Shown here one piece after another: positions 38,192-48,346 of a stretch of 64,000 bases of DNA. Position numbers and translations under genes: made by a program. How positions within the stretch are numbered: position 1 is the stretch's first letter; each line of letters begins with the position of its first letter. The notes under the pieces were generated by a model that worked only from the letters and a program-made list of their open reading frames with translations, did not search any database and had not been told where the DNA came from. This DNA is from an uncultured Gemmatimonadaceae bacterium (lineage in GTDB: Bacteria > Gemmatimonadota > Gemmatimonadetes > Gemmatimonadales > Gemmatimonadaceae): assembly GCA_963716745.1 (NCBI GenBank), contig OY970320.1, positions 2,432,001 to 2,496,000 of the forward strand, read 5' to 3'.

Positions 38192-39620
38192 TCAGCGCTT
38201 CATCGCCGCTTCGATCTCCGCGATCTCCCGCGGCGCGCGCGAGATCCACTCGACGCCGGTCGCGGTCGCGAAATAGTCGTCCTCGATGCGCACGCCGGTG
38301 TCTCTGAAGCGCTCGAAGGCGGGACGCACTCTCGCGATCAGCGCGCGATTGCGCGGGCGTGTCGGGCAGGATGTCCAGTGCGTTCCCGCGCACGTAGAGT
38401 CCCGGTTCGATCGTGAATGCCGCGCCCGGCAGGATCAGATAGGGCGGGTAGTACCACGGCGCCGAATCGTGCACCTCGAGGCCGATCCCGTGGCCGAGCG
38501 CATGATTGTAGTAGAGCGAGAGCTGCCGGCAGCCGTCGCGCACTTCGAAAGTGCAACTTCCTCTCGGGGCATCGTACAGCGCATCCGCGCTCTCGATGAG
38601 GCCGAGTTTCACGAGCCCGGCCGCGAGCACGGCGTTCGCAGAGTCGCTCATCATGTGCGCCGCGCGCCCGACCACCGCCTGCCGCTCCGCCGCCGCCTGC
38701 GCGTCGCGCACCACTTGATACAGCGCGCGCTGGTCCGGGGTGAACACGCCGTTCACCGGCAGCGTGCGCGTGACATCCGCGGCGTAGCCGCGCCAGCTCG
38801 CGCCAATGTCCATCACGACGAGTTCGCCGGCGAGCATCACGCGTTCGTTCTTGTCATAGTGGAGCGACGTGCTGTTCGCGCCGGAGCCTACAATGCTCGA
38901 GAAGCTCGGCCGCTCGGCGCCCGCTTTCCGAAACGTGTACTCGATCGTTGCCTGCACTTCGTACTCGCCCACGCCCGGGGCCACGACTTTCAGCGCCGCG
39001 CGCTGCGCGTCGGCCGTGATCTCGATCGCGCGGCGGAGCAGTGCGAACTCGGCGTCGCTGTGCCGCGCCCGCAGCGAGTCCTCGAGGTTCGAGGCGTCCA
39101 CGATCTGCAATCCGGGATGCGTGCGACGGAACGAGGCGACGAGCTGGTCATCGGCGGAGAGTACGGCGCTCGCGTCCAGATCGCCGAGGACGTAGAGCGT
39201 GCGCACGCCGGCGAGCGCGCTGTCCACCGCGGGGCGGAAGCTCGACGCCGGGAGCGCCGCCATGCCGGTGAGCGCCGCGGCGCCGGCGGGGCCGAGCCGT
39301 GTGCCCGTCCACGCTTCGCGCGCGGGATCGCGTGGCGCGACGAAGATCGTGGCCGTCGATCTCGCGCCGCGCTTTACGAGGAGCAGCGAGGCGTCCGGTT
39401 CGAGATAGCCGGTGAGATACCAGAATCGCGGCGTCTGGAAGAAGCTGATGAAGTCCTCGCGTGGCTCCCCCGCGCCGAGCACGATCGCGACGGCCGTGTC
39501 GGGCAGCCGCGCGAGGAAGTCCGCGCGGCGCTGCGCGTACTCGGGCTGGGCGACTTGCGCGCCGAGCTGTCCGGCGAACGCGACGAGAACGAGGATCGAG
39601 GAACGCAGCGTCATGCGCAT
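38192..39620 (-). CDS. pepP: Xaa-Pro aminopeptidase (M24B) with signal peptide; frameshift near 38355
   Basis: FWYLTG, DIGA...YAADVTRT, HALGHGIGLEVHD, TIEPGLY and GVRIED motifs. The corrected stop is at 38192. Confidence 0.88.
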
Positions 39621-39701
39621 CGTGTTGGGCCTTGTCAGTTGGTCGACCACGGTTACTATGGAGGCGAACGCGATCATTCCCCATCCTCAGGAAAGGAGAA
39701 T

Positions 39702-40409
39702 ATGGCGACCGGTCAGGCCCCAGAGACAGCGGCGAAGGCATCCGTGTTCGAAGATTTCATCGACATCTTCACCTCGCCGGCCGAGGTGTTCCAGCGCCGG
39801 ATGGGCGCGAACGTGTGGCTGCAAATGCTCGTGCTCACCGTGCTCGCCGTCGTGATGTTCCTCGTCACGCGCAGCATCCTCGCGCCGATCTTCGACGCGG
39901 AGATGGCGCGCGCGTTCGCGAAGAATCCGGGCATGACCGCGGACCAGATCGAGTCGGGAAAAGCGATGGCCGCCAAGATCGGACCCATCGCGATCGCGAT
40001 CAGCATCCCGATCAGCATGTTCTTCACCGGACTCTTCGTGTGGCTCTGCGGGAAGATCTTCGGGGCGAAGCAGGCGTTCGGCGACGCGGTCATGGTCGCG
40101 ACGTACGCATGGATCCCGCGCCTCCTGGCGTTCGTGGTCGCCGCGGTCATGGGTGCGATGATGGATGCATCCAAGATGGTCGGGCTGTTCAGCGCAAGCC
40201 TGAGCGTGGGCAAGTTCCTCGATCCCGACACCACGTCGCGGGCGATGTACATCCTGGCCGGTCGCATTGATCTGTTCGTGATCTGGCAGACGGTCCTGCT
40301 CGCGATCGGCCTCTCGGTCACCGGCAAGATCACGCGGTCGCAGGCGTACATCGCGGCGGCGATCGTGTGGCTGATCGGCACGGGCGCGTCGATGATGTTC
40401 CAGCGCTGA
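39702..40409 (+). CDS. YIP1-family membrane protein
   Basis: AAAGGAGA RBS; DIFTSPAEVF motif; about 5 TM helices. Confidence 0.75.
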   Translation: MATGQAPETAAKASVFEDFIDIFTSPAEVFQRRMGANVWLQMLVLTVLAVVMFLVTRSILAPIFDAEMARAFAKNPGMTADQIESGKAMAAKIGPIAIAISIPISMFFTGLFVWLCGKIFGAKQAFGDAVMVATYAWIPRLLAFVVAAVMGAMMDASKMVGLFSASLSVGKFLDPDTTSRAMYILAGRIDLFVIWQTVLLAIGLSVTGKITRSQAYIAAAIVWLIGTGASMMFQR

Positions 40410-40430
40410 GTCGGGAGTTCCAGCCGTTCC

Positions 40431-40461
40431 ACGCGCGGCGCCGGTCTCCGGCGCCGCGCGT
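40431..40461. terminator. Perfect 14-bp GC-rich hairpin between convergent genes (probable bidirectional terminator)
   Basis: acgcgcggcgccgg-tct-ccggcgccgcgcgt. Confidence 0.6.
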
Positions 40462-40463
40462 TC

Positions 40464-41621
40464 TCATTTCAGCAGCAGCTTCGCGATGGTCTGGAGCTGC
40501 ATGTTCGACGTGCCCTCGTAGATCGTGCCGATCTTCGCGTCGCGATAGAACTTCTCGGCGGGATAGTCCTTCGTGTAGCCGTATCCGCCGTGCAGCTCGA
40601 GGCAGAGCGACGTGACACGCTCGGCCACCTGGCTCGAGAAGAGCTTGGCCATCGCCGCGCGCTTCGTGAACTCCACGCCGCTATCCTTGAGCCGCGCCGC
40701 GTCGTACACCATGAGGCGCGCCGCCTCGAGCTCCGTGGCCGCCTGCGCGAGCTGGAACTGTACCGCCTGGAAATCCGCGACCGGCTTCCCGAACTGCTTG
40801 CGCTCCTTCACGAACGCGATCGCCGCGTCGAGCGCGCCGCGGGCGACGCCGATCATTTGCGCGCCGATGCCGATGCGTCCGGTGTTCAGCGTCTCGATCG
40901 CGATCTTGTAGCCCTGGCCCGCGGGACCGAGCACGTTCGCCGCGGGCACTTCGCATCCGTCGAGGATCAACTCGGTGGTGCTGCTCGCGCGAATGCCGAG
41001 CTTGTCCTCCTTCTTGCCCACTGAGAATCCTTTGAAGCCGCGCTCCACCACGAACGCCGTGATGCCCTTGTAGCCGGCCGCGGGATCGGCGTTCGCGAAG
41101 ATCACATAGATCTCGGCCTCGGCGCCGTTCGTGATCCAGAGTTTGCGCCCGTTCAACACCCAGCCTTGTCCCTTCTTCTCCGCGCGCGTGGAGAGGCCGA
41201 AGGCGTCGGAGCCCGAGCCCGGCTCGGACAGCGCGTACGCGCCCACGCTCTTCGCCGCGAGGCGCGGGAGGTATCGCGACTTCACGTCGTCGCTCCCGTA
41301 GCGCGCGATCGGATAATTCACGAGCGTGTTCTGAACGTCCACCATGATCGCGGACGACGCATCGACGCGGCTGATCGCCTCGACGGCGATCGCCACCATC
41401 GCGAGCGACCCGCCGGCGCCGCCGTATTGCTCGGGCACCTCGATCCCCATCAAGCCGAGTTCGAAGAACTTCGGGATCAGGTCATCGTCGAGTTTCGCGG
41501 CGCGGTCCATCGCCATCGCGCGCGGACGCACTTCGGCTTCGGCGAACTGCGCGACGGCGTCCTGGAACGCGCTCTCGTCGCCGGAAAGGGTCGACAGGGC
41601 TGCTCTGATAGGCTCGGTCAT
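40464..41621 (-). CDS. Acyl-CoA dehydrogenase (short/branched-chain-like)
   Basis: ALSEPGSGSDA, KLWITN, KLGIRASST, RKQFG, HGGYGY and IYEGTS motifs. Confidence 0.95.
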   Translation of the reverse strand: MTEPIRAALSTLSGDESAFQDAVAQFAEAEVRPRAMAMDRAAKLDDDLIPKFFELGLMGIEVPEQYGGAGGSLAMVAIAVEAISRVDASSAIMVDVQNTLVNYPIARYGSDDVKSRYLPRLAAKSVGAYALSEPGSGSDAFGLSTRAEKKGQGWVLNGRKLWITNGAEAEIYVIFANADPAAGYKGITAFVVERGFKGFSVGKKEDKLGIRASSTTELILDGCEVPAANVLGPAGQGYKIAIETLNTGRIGIGAQMIGVARGALDAAIAFVKERKQFGKPVADFQAVQFQLAQAATELEAARLMVYDAARLKDSGVEFTKRAAMAKLFSSQVAERVTSLCLELHGGYGYTKDYPAEKFYRDAKIGTIYEGTSNMQLQTIAKLLLK

Positions 41622-41640
41622 CCCGGAAAACTAATATTCC

Positions 41641-43518
41641 TCAATCGCCGCCGCGAACCACCGAGATCGCGAGGTCCGCGCGCCCGAAGGGCGCCGAGAC
41701 CTGGATCCCCTGCACGGCGCCGCGCACGCGCGCCAGCATCTCGCGCGCGATCGCGACGCCCTCGGCGGCCGCGTGGTCCTTGGACTTCTCGTTGGCGCGC
41801 CGCATGCGCGACACGATCGCGTCGGGCACGACGACGCCGGGCACCTCATTCGCGAGGAACTCGGCGTTGCGCGCCGAGGTGAGCGGCCAGATGCCGGCGA
41901 TCACCGGGATCCGCACATGCTGCACCGACGCGAGGAAGCGCTCGAGCTGCGCCGGATCGAACACCGGCTGCGTGACGGCGAACTCGGCGCCCGCCTCCAC
42001 TTTGTACTCGAACCGTTTGCGCTCCTGCGCCGCGTCGAGCGCGGCGGGGTTCACGCCGACGCCGATCGCGAACCGGGTGGGCACGCCAATGTCGTGGCCG
42101 CCCGGGTCGAGCCCGCGGTTGAGCCGGCTCACGAGATTCGTGAGACCGATCGAATCGATGTCGAACACCGCGGTCGCGTCGGGATAGGGTCCCATCTTCG
42201 GCGGGTCGCCGGTGATGAGCAGCAGATTGCGCAGTCCCATCGCCGAGGCACCGAGCAGGTCGCTGAGCATGCCGAGCAGATTCCGGTCGCGGCAGCAGTA
42301 ATGCGTGATCGTCTCGATGCCGACACGCTGTTCGATGAGCAGCGCGGTCATGAGCGCGCCCATGCGGCTCTGCGCGCGCGGCCCGTCGGGCACGTTCACG
42401 GCGTGAACGCCCGCGGCTTTGAGCGCGGCGACGGCTTCGAGCATCTTCGTAGCGTCGACACCCCTTGGTGGGACGATCTCCACTGACGTCACGAACTCCG
42501 AGGCCGCGAGCCTCCTTGCCCAGCTCGAGCGCTCGGCGAATGGGACCGCCTCAGTACCTCTGGGTTCGGGACTCGGGACTCGGGACTCGATGGTGAGTGG
42601 GCGGTGGGCGCGAGTCCCGAGTCCCGAGTCCCGAGCCGTGAGCCCCTTAACGCCCGCCACCATCGCCGAAATGTGCTCGGGCGTAGTGCCACAGCACCCG
42701 CCGATGACCTTCGCTCCCGCATGGAGCAAATGACGCGCGAACGATGCCAGGTATTCCGGGGAGGCCATGTAGATCTGCCGCCCGCTCACGTCCCGCGGCA
42801 TGCCGGCGTTCGGCTGCGCGCTGAGTTTCTTCGTGGTGAGCGGCGCCATCTTCTCGATCGCTTCGAGCACCGTTTGCGGGCCCACGGAGCAATTGAGACC
42901 GATGATGTCGGCGCCCCACGCGTCGAGCGAACGCGCGATGTCCTCGGGCGACGCGCCGAACGCGGTTAGCCCGTCGACGCCGATCGTCATCTGCGCGATC
43001 ACCGGCATCGCCGGGTCCACGTCGCGCGCCGCGAGGATGGCCTGCTCCATTTCCGCGAGGTCGCTGATCGTCTCGATGATGAAGCAGTCGGCGCCGCCGG
43101 CGCGCAGCGCCTCCATCTGTTCGCGGAAATGCGCGCGCGCCTCGTCGCGGCTCGTGGGGCCGAACGGTTCGATGCGAATGCCCAGCGGCCCCACGGCGCC
43201 GGCCACGAGCGCGCGGTCGCCCGCGGCCTCGCGCGCGATCTCGGCGGCGCGACGGTTGAACTCCACCACGTGCGCCTCAAGTCCGTGCTGGGCCAGCTTC
43301 ACGCGGTTCGCGCCGAAGCTGTTCGTCTCGAGCACCTGCGCGCCGGCGCGGACGTATGCGTGGTGCACTTCGCGCACGAGCTCCGGCGCACGCACGTTCA
43401 GCTCATCGTAGCACTGATTGATGTACACGCCCTTCGCGTACAGCATCGTGCCCATCGCGCCATCGAACACGATGGTGCGCGCAGGGTCGAGCAGCGCCTG
43501 CCGGTCGCGCGCCGTCAT
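41641..43518 (-). CDS. yitJ: Bifunctional homocysteine S-methyltransferase / methylenetetrahydrofolate reductase
   Basis: DGAMGT, GLNCSVGP and GGCCGTTPEH (Hcy domain), followed by SVEIVPP, ITGDPP and AVTQPVFD (MTHFR domain). Confidence 0.92.
   Translation of the reverse strand: MTARDRQALLDPARTIVFDGAMGTMLYAKGVYINQCYDELNVRAPELVREVHHAYVRAGAQVLETNSFGANRVKLAQHGLEAHVVEFNRRAAEIAREAAGDRALVAGAVGPLGIRIEPFGPTSRDEARAHFREQMEALRAGGADCFIIETISDLAEMEQAILAARDVDPAMPVIAQMTIGVDGLTAFGASPEDIARSLDAWGADIIGLNCSVGPQTVLEAIEKMAPLTTKKLSAQPNAGMPRDVSGRQIYMASPEYLASFARHLLHAGAKVIGGCCGTTPEHISAMVAGVKGLTARDSGLGTRAHRPLTIESRVPSPEPRGTEAVPFAERSSWARRLAASEFVTSVEIVPPRGVDATKMLEAVAALKAAGVHAVNVPDGPRAQSRMGALMTALLIEQRVGIETITHYCCRDRNLLGMLSDLLGASAMGLRNLLLITGDPPKMGPYPDATAVFDIDSIGLTNLVSRLNRGLDPGGHDIGVPTRFAIGVGVNPAALDAAQERKRFEYKVEAGAEFAVTQPVFDPAQLERFLASVQHVRIPVIAGIWPLTSARNAEFLANEVPGVVVPDAIVSRMRRANEKSKDHAAAEGVAIAREMLARVRGAVQGIQVSAPFGRADLAISVVRGGD
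42566..42634. repeat. In-frame perfect inverted repeat of (CGGGACT)n heptamers inside the yitJ domain linker
   Basis: tcgggactcgggactcgggactcg-N21-cgagtcccgagtcccgagtcccga; 69 bp = 23 codons. Confidence 0.9.
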
Positions 43519-46500
43519 GCGCCGCCCTCGCCGCGCACCGCGTAGTACTTCGCCGCGGGATGATGCACGATCAGCGCCGCCGTACTCTGCTCGGGGAGCA
43601 GCTGGTTCGCACTCGTGAGCGACATGCCGAGCGCGTCGCCGGCGGGGAGCAAACGGAACATGGCCTCATGCCCGTCGAGGTCGGGGCAGGCGGGATAGCC
43701 CCATGAATATCGCTTCCCTTGCTGCGGCGTGATCCCGAGTTCGCGGCGGATGCGCTCGTGCATCCACTGCGCCGTCGCCTCCGCGGCTTCCACGGCGAGA
43801 CCGTGAGAATAGAACGCCTCGGCATACTCGCCACGCGTCTGGAGCTGCTCGAAGCAATGCGACGCCGCATCGCCCACCGTCACGATCTGCAGTCCGAGCA
43901 CGTCGGTCTCCTCCGATTCCACCGAGCGAAAGTAGTCGGCCAGACAGAGCCGCTCGCGCGACGCCTGCCGCGGGAAGGTGAATCGCGCGATCTCGCGCCG
44001 CGACCCGCCGTCGGCGGCGAACGCCGCGGGATCGTACACGATCACATCGTTGCCGCTGGATTGCACGGGGAAGTAACCATACACTGTGCGCGGCACGATC
44101 CACTGCTCGTTCGCCGCGGACGCCGAGAGTCGCGCGAGCGCCGGGGTGAACTCCTCGCGCACGGCGCGCACATATTCGTCGCCCGATCCGCGGCCGCCCC
44201 ACTGCAGCCGGAAGAGTTCATCGAGGTCGAGCAGCGCGAGCACTTCGCCGAGCGGGATGTCGCGCACCACGCGCACGCCGAAGAAGGGCGGTGCGGGCAC
44301 TGGCACGTCGGCGGCCACGGCGCTGCGCGTCGTGCTCGTGCTCCCCGTGGCGGCGTCCTTGCCGGTGGCCGAGTGCAGGAACACGTCGTCGCGTGCGGCG
44401 CGCAAGTTGTCGCTCACCGCTCCCGCGCGGCGCGACGGATCCACGAGGCGTTCCATAGTATCGAGCCCCTCGAACGCATCCTTGCAGTAGAAGACGCCCG
44501 GCGCGTACGCGCGCTCGCCGTCCACGAAGAGCGCGCGGCGGCCGAAGCGGCGGTTGATCGCCGCGCCGCCGATCAGCACGGGCGCGCCGATCCCGCGGCG
44601 GTCGAGCTCCTGCACGCAGAGCGGCATCTGCTTGGAGGTACTCACGAGCAGCGCCGAGAGGCCCACGGCATCCGCCTTGTGCTCGACGGCCGCGTCCACG
44701 ATGCGATTCACCGGCACTTGCTTGCCGAGATCGACCACCGTGTAGCCGTTGTTCGAGAGGATCGTGTTCACGAGCGATTTCCCAATGTCGTGCACGTCGC
44801 CGTATACCGTCGCGAGTACGATCGTGCCTTTGGTGTAGCCTTCCTTGCGCTCGAGGAATTGTTCGAGATGCTTCACGGCGCGCTTCATCACCTCGGCGCT
44901 CTGCAGCACGAAGGGCAGGATGAGCTCGCCCGCGCCGAACTTGTCGCCCACCTCTTTCATGGCCGGCAGGAGCACCTCGTTGAGCACGCGCACCGGATCG
45001 GCGCGCACGCCCGCCGCGTCGAGCGCCTCCTCGATCCCTTCTTTCCGACGGTGCACGACCATCCAGTGCACGATCGCATCGGCGCTCAGTCCCGCGAGCG
45101 GATCGGCGGCTGTCGTGCCGATGCCCGATGCACGATGCCCGATGCTCTCATACTTCTGGATGAATCGCGCGAGCGCATTCGGCCGCTTCGGTTGAACACG
45201 AGATCATCGGCGAGCGCGCGCTCCTCATCGTCGAGCTCCGCGTACGGTCGCACGTGCGCCGGGTTCACGATCGCCATGTCGAGTCCGGCCTGCACGCAGT
45301 GATGCAGGAACACCGAGTTGAGCACCGCGCGCGCGTCGGGGGTGAGCCCGAAGCTCACGTTGCTCACGCCGAGCGATGTGAACACGCCGGGGATCTCGCG
45401 CTTGATGAGGCGGATGCCCTCGATCGTCTCCACCGCGCTCGCGATCCATTCGGCCTCGCCGGTGGCGAGCGTGAAGGTGAGCGCGTCGAAGATCAGGTCT
45501 TCGGGCGCGAGACCGAACTCTCCCGTGGCGAGATCGTGGATGCGGCGCGCGATCTCGAGCTTCCGTTCGCGCGTCTTGGCCATGCCGGTCTCGTCGATCG
45601 TGAGCGCCACGACCGCGGCGCCGAAGCGCTTCACGACGGGCAGCAGTGCATCGATCTTGGCGCGCCCCGCCTCGAGGTTCACGGAGTTCACCACCGCGCG
45701 CCCCGGCACGTGCTCGAGCGCGCGCGCGATCACGTCGGGCTCCGTGGAATCGATCATGAGCGGCGCTTCCACCGTCATCGAGAGCAGCTTGACGACGCGC
45801 GACATCTGGTCCGCCTCGTCGGCGCGCTCGGTGAGCGCGACGCACACGTCGAGCACGTGCGCCCCCGCCTCCACCTGCTCCCGCGCAACGCGCGCGATGC
45901 CCTCATAGTCATCCGCGAGCAGCATCCGCTTCACGGCGCGAGAACCTTGGGCGTTGACGCGTTCGCCGATCGAGCAGCGGCGGCGGATCCTGGTGCAAGG
46001 TGATCGCGCGCATGGCGCTCGAAATGCGCGGGACGCGGGACTCGGGACTCGCCGCGGGACGCGTTTCCCGAGTCCCGCGGCGAGTCCCGAGTCCCGAGTC
46101 CCGAACATGACGTACCACGTGCTCCAGATGCTCCGGCGTGGTGCCACAGCACCCGCCGACGATCGCCACTCCGAAATCCCGCACGAACTCAGAGAGCGCG
46201 ATGGCCAGCGGTTCAGGCTCCAGCGGGTAGACCGCATCCCCCGTCCCCGTATTCAGCGGCAGTCCCGCATTCGGGATGCAGCTCACCGGCAGCCGCGCGT
46301 GCTCGGCGAGCCATCGGATCGGTTCACGCATGTGCTCGGGGCCGGTCGAACAGTTCAGGCCGATCACATCCACGCCCAACGCTTCGAGCGTCGTCATCGC
46401 GCTCGCGATGTCCGTGCCGAGCAGCATGCGGCCGCTCGTGTCGAGCGTGACCTGCGCCTGGAGCGCCACGCGCTGTCCGGTCTCCGCGAACAGCCGCTCG

Positions 46501-47051
46501 ATGCCCGCGATCGCGGCCTTCACCTCGAGGATGTCCTGCGCCGTCTCGATGAGCAGCACATCCACCCCGCCTTCCACGAGCGCCGCCGCCTGGGCGTGGA
46601 ACTCCTCGCTCAACTCTCCGAACGAGATCGCCGACAGCGTGGGGTCGGCGCTCGATGGGAGCATCCCGGTGGGGCCCATCGAGCCCGCGACGAATCGCGG
46701 GCGTCCATCGCGCGCCGCCGCATCGCATGCCGCGCGCGCCAAGCGCGCCGCTTCCACATTGATGTCGTGCGCGCGCGCGCCGAGTCCCCATTCGGCGAGC
46801 CGGCGCGGCGTGCTCTGGAAGGTGCACGTCTCCACGACATCGCAGCCGACGGCGAGGAACGCGTCGTGGATGCCGCGAATGACATCGGGGCGCGTGAGCA
46901 CGAGGTTGTCGTTGCAGCCCGCGAGCGCGTCGCCGCCGAAATCCCTCGCGCTGAGCTGCGCGCGCTGGATGTTCGTTCCCATCGCGCCGTCGTAGACGAG
47001 CGTGCCGCGCGCGAGCGCGTCGAGGTACGGTGAAGGGAATCGGCGAGCCAT
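43515..47051 (-). CDS. metH: Cobalamin-dependent methionine synthase; frameshifts near 45970 and 45190
   Basis: Hcy domain (DGAMGT, GGCCGTTPEH), pterin domain (IGERVNAQGS, GVSNVSFG), B12 domain (GDVHDIGK) and reactivation domain (RYSWGYPACP) across three ORF pieces. Confidence 0.95.
45118..45145. repeat. Four tandem heptamers (C/A)CGATGC in the metH pterin/B12-cap linker
   Basis: ccgatgc ccgatgc acgatgc ccgatgc. Confidence 0.75.
46029..46103. repeat. In-frame inverted repeat of (CGGGACT)n heptamers inside the metH domain linker
   Basis: 32-nt arms with one mismatch and an 11-nt loop; 75 bp = 25 codons. Confidence 0.9.
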
Positions 47052-47074
47052 CGCGAATGCTGCTCCCTCACAAG

Positions 47075-47106
47075 AAAAAATGCCCGGTGCGCACAGGCAC
47101 CCGGCC
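47075..47106 (-). terminator. Intrinsic terminator-like hairpin plus U-tract between the riboswitch aptamer and metH
   Basis: Minus strand GCCGGGTGC-CTGTGC-GCACCGGGC-ATTTTTT. Confidence 0.65.
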
Positions 47107-47110
47107 GGCG

Positions 47111-47159
47111 CTTTAGCTGAATATTTAACGTGGCCGCAAGTTGCCTGAAATCGCCACGG
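47111..47159 (-). ncRNA. SAM-II (SAM-alpha)-like riboswitch aptamer
   Basis: Minus strand CCGTGGCGATTTCAGGCAACTTGCGGCCACGTTAAATATTCAGCTAAAG matches the SAM-II pattern (CGTGG.GATTT...TTGC.GCCACG.TAAA...GCTAAA); located 5' of metH. Confidence 0.85.
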
Positions 47160-47184
47160 AACCGTTGTGCCTCTATGACGAATG

Positions 47185-47607
47185 CTATACCGCGGGCGGC
47201 ACCTCCGGTAGGTCCGCCGACGGACGTTGCACGATCTCGCGTCCGGTGACGCGGGCGCGGTCGGCGAGCCGGAAGATCAGCGCCTGCAGCCGGTTCCGCT
47301 CGAGCGGCAGCGTGAGATCGGCGAGCACATAGCGATGCATGGCCGCCGGCAGCGAACTCGGTGCGTCTTCCTCGGCGTGGCAGAGGAGCACCGCGCCGCC
47401 GCTCGCGAGCGGGATGCGCAGCGCATCCGGATCCGATTCGGCACTCTTTCGTTCCACCACGACCACCAGCGGGCGGTCGGCGAGCGCGATCTCCACCCCT
47501 TGAGCGGCGGTGTGCGCGTGGTGAGTGATGTGTCCCGCGTTGATGAGTGATTGCGCGAGTCCTTCGAGCATCGCGCCGTTCGACCCGATCAGCAGGATTG
47601 TCGCCAT
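47185..47607 (-). CDS. CheY-like (pseudo-receiver) single-domain protein
   Basis: Receiver-like pattern TILLIGS...RPLVVVVE...LTLPL, without the canonical acidic and Lys residues. Confidence 0.55.
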   Translation of the reverse strand: MATILLIGSNGAMLEGLAQSLINAGHITHHAHTAAQGVEIALADRPLVVVVERKSAESDPDALRIPLASGGAVLLCHAEEDAPSSLPAAMHRYVLADLTLPLERNRLQALIFRLADRARVTGREIVQRPSADLPEVPPAV

Positions 47608-47627
47608 GTCGCTCCGTTAAGCTCCGG

Positions 47628-48215
47628 TTACCACGCCCACACCAACACGCCTTCCGCACCCCAGAGGATCAGCAACGCGACGAGCGGACTGATGTCGATC
47701 ATCCCGACCGGCGGCAGCACGCGGCGCAGCGGCCGCAGCATCCACTCCGTGAGCCACGTGCACCAGCGCAGCCACCACACGTACGGCGAGAGCCGCAGCC
47801 ACGAAGCGATCACGCGCACGACGAGCGCCAAACGGAGGATGCCGAGCGTCCACGCGACGAGCAGATAATAAAGCCCGCGCGCCGAATGGGAAGCGGCCAT
47901 CGCTTCCGCGACGATGTCGCGTGCGGCCTTCAGCAGCAGAATGATGAGAATGCCACCGGCGACGGCGGCGACCAGCGCCCACCAGGGCGCTGCGGCGGGC
48001 ATCCCGCCGGCGCGCACCACGCGCCGTTCGACGGGCTCGAGCAGGGGATCCACGGCGCGGCGGAAGAATCGCGCGGTCGCGCCGAAGGGGCTGATCCGCC
48101 GCGTGCGCACCAGCCAGTCCACGGCGAAGATGACGAAGAGCACTGCCGCCAGCGCGACCAGCGCGCGGCCGACCATCAGGATCAGGAGATCGATTACCTG
48201 GATCGGATCGGTCAC
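47628..48215 (-). CDS. yggT: YggT-family membrane protein
   Basis: VDPLLEPVERR, VRVIASW and LTEWMLRPLRRVLPPVGMIDISP motifs. Confidence 0.88.
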   Translation of the reverse strand: MTDPIQVIDLLILMVGRALVALAAVLFVIFAVDWLVRTRRISPFGATARFFRRAVDPLLEPVERRVVRAGGMPAAAPWWALVAAVAGGILIILLLKAARDIVAEAMAASHSARGLYYLLVAWTLGILRLALVVRVIASWLRLSPYVWWLRWCTWLTEWMLRPLRRVLPPVGMIDISPLVALLILWGAEGVLVWAW

Positions 48216-48346
48216 GGCTGTTAAGGTGACCGACTACGCTCCGGCGGGCAAGGTCTGACGACAGACTTAGACGTTAGACTTAGACTTAGAAAACAACTGC
48301 TCTCGCGGGCGCCGTGCTATACGCCAGACGCGCCTCTGCTTTTTCG

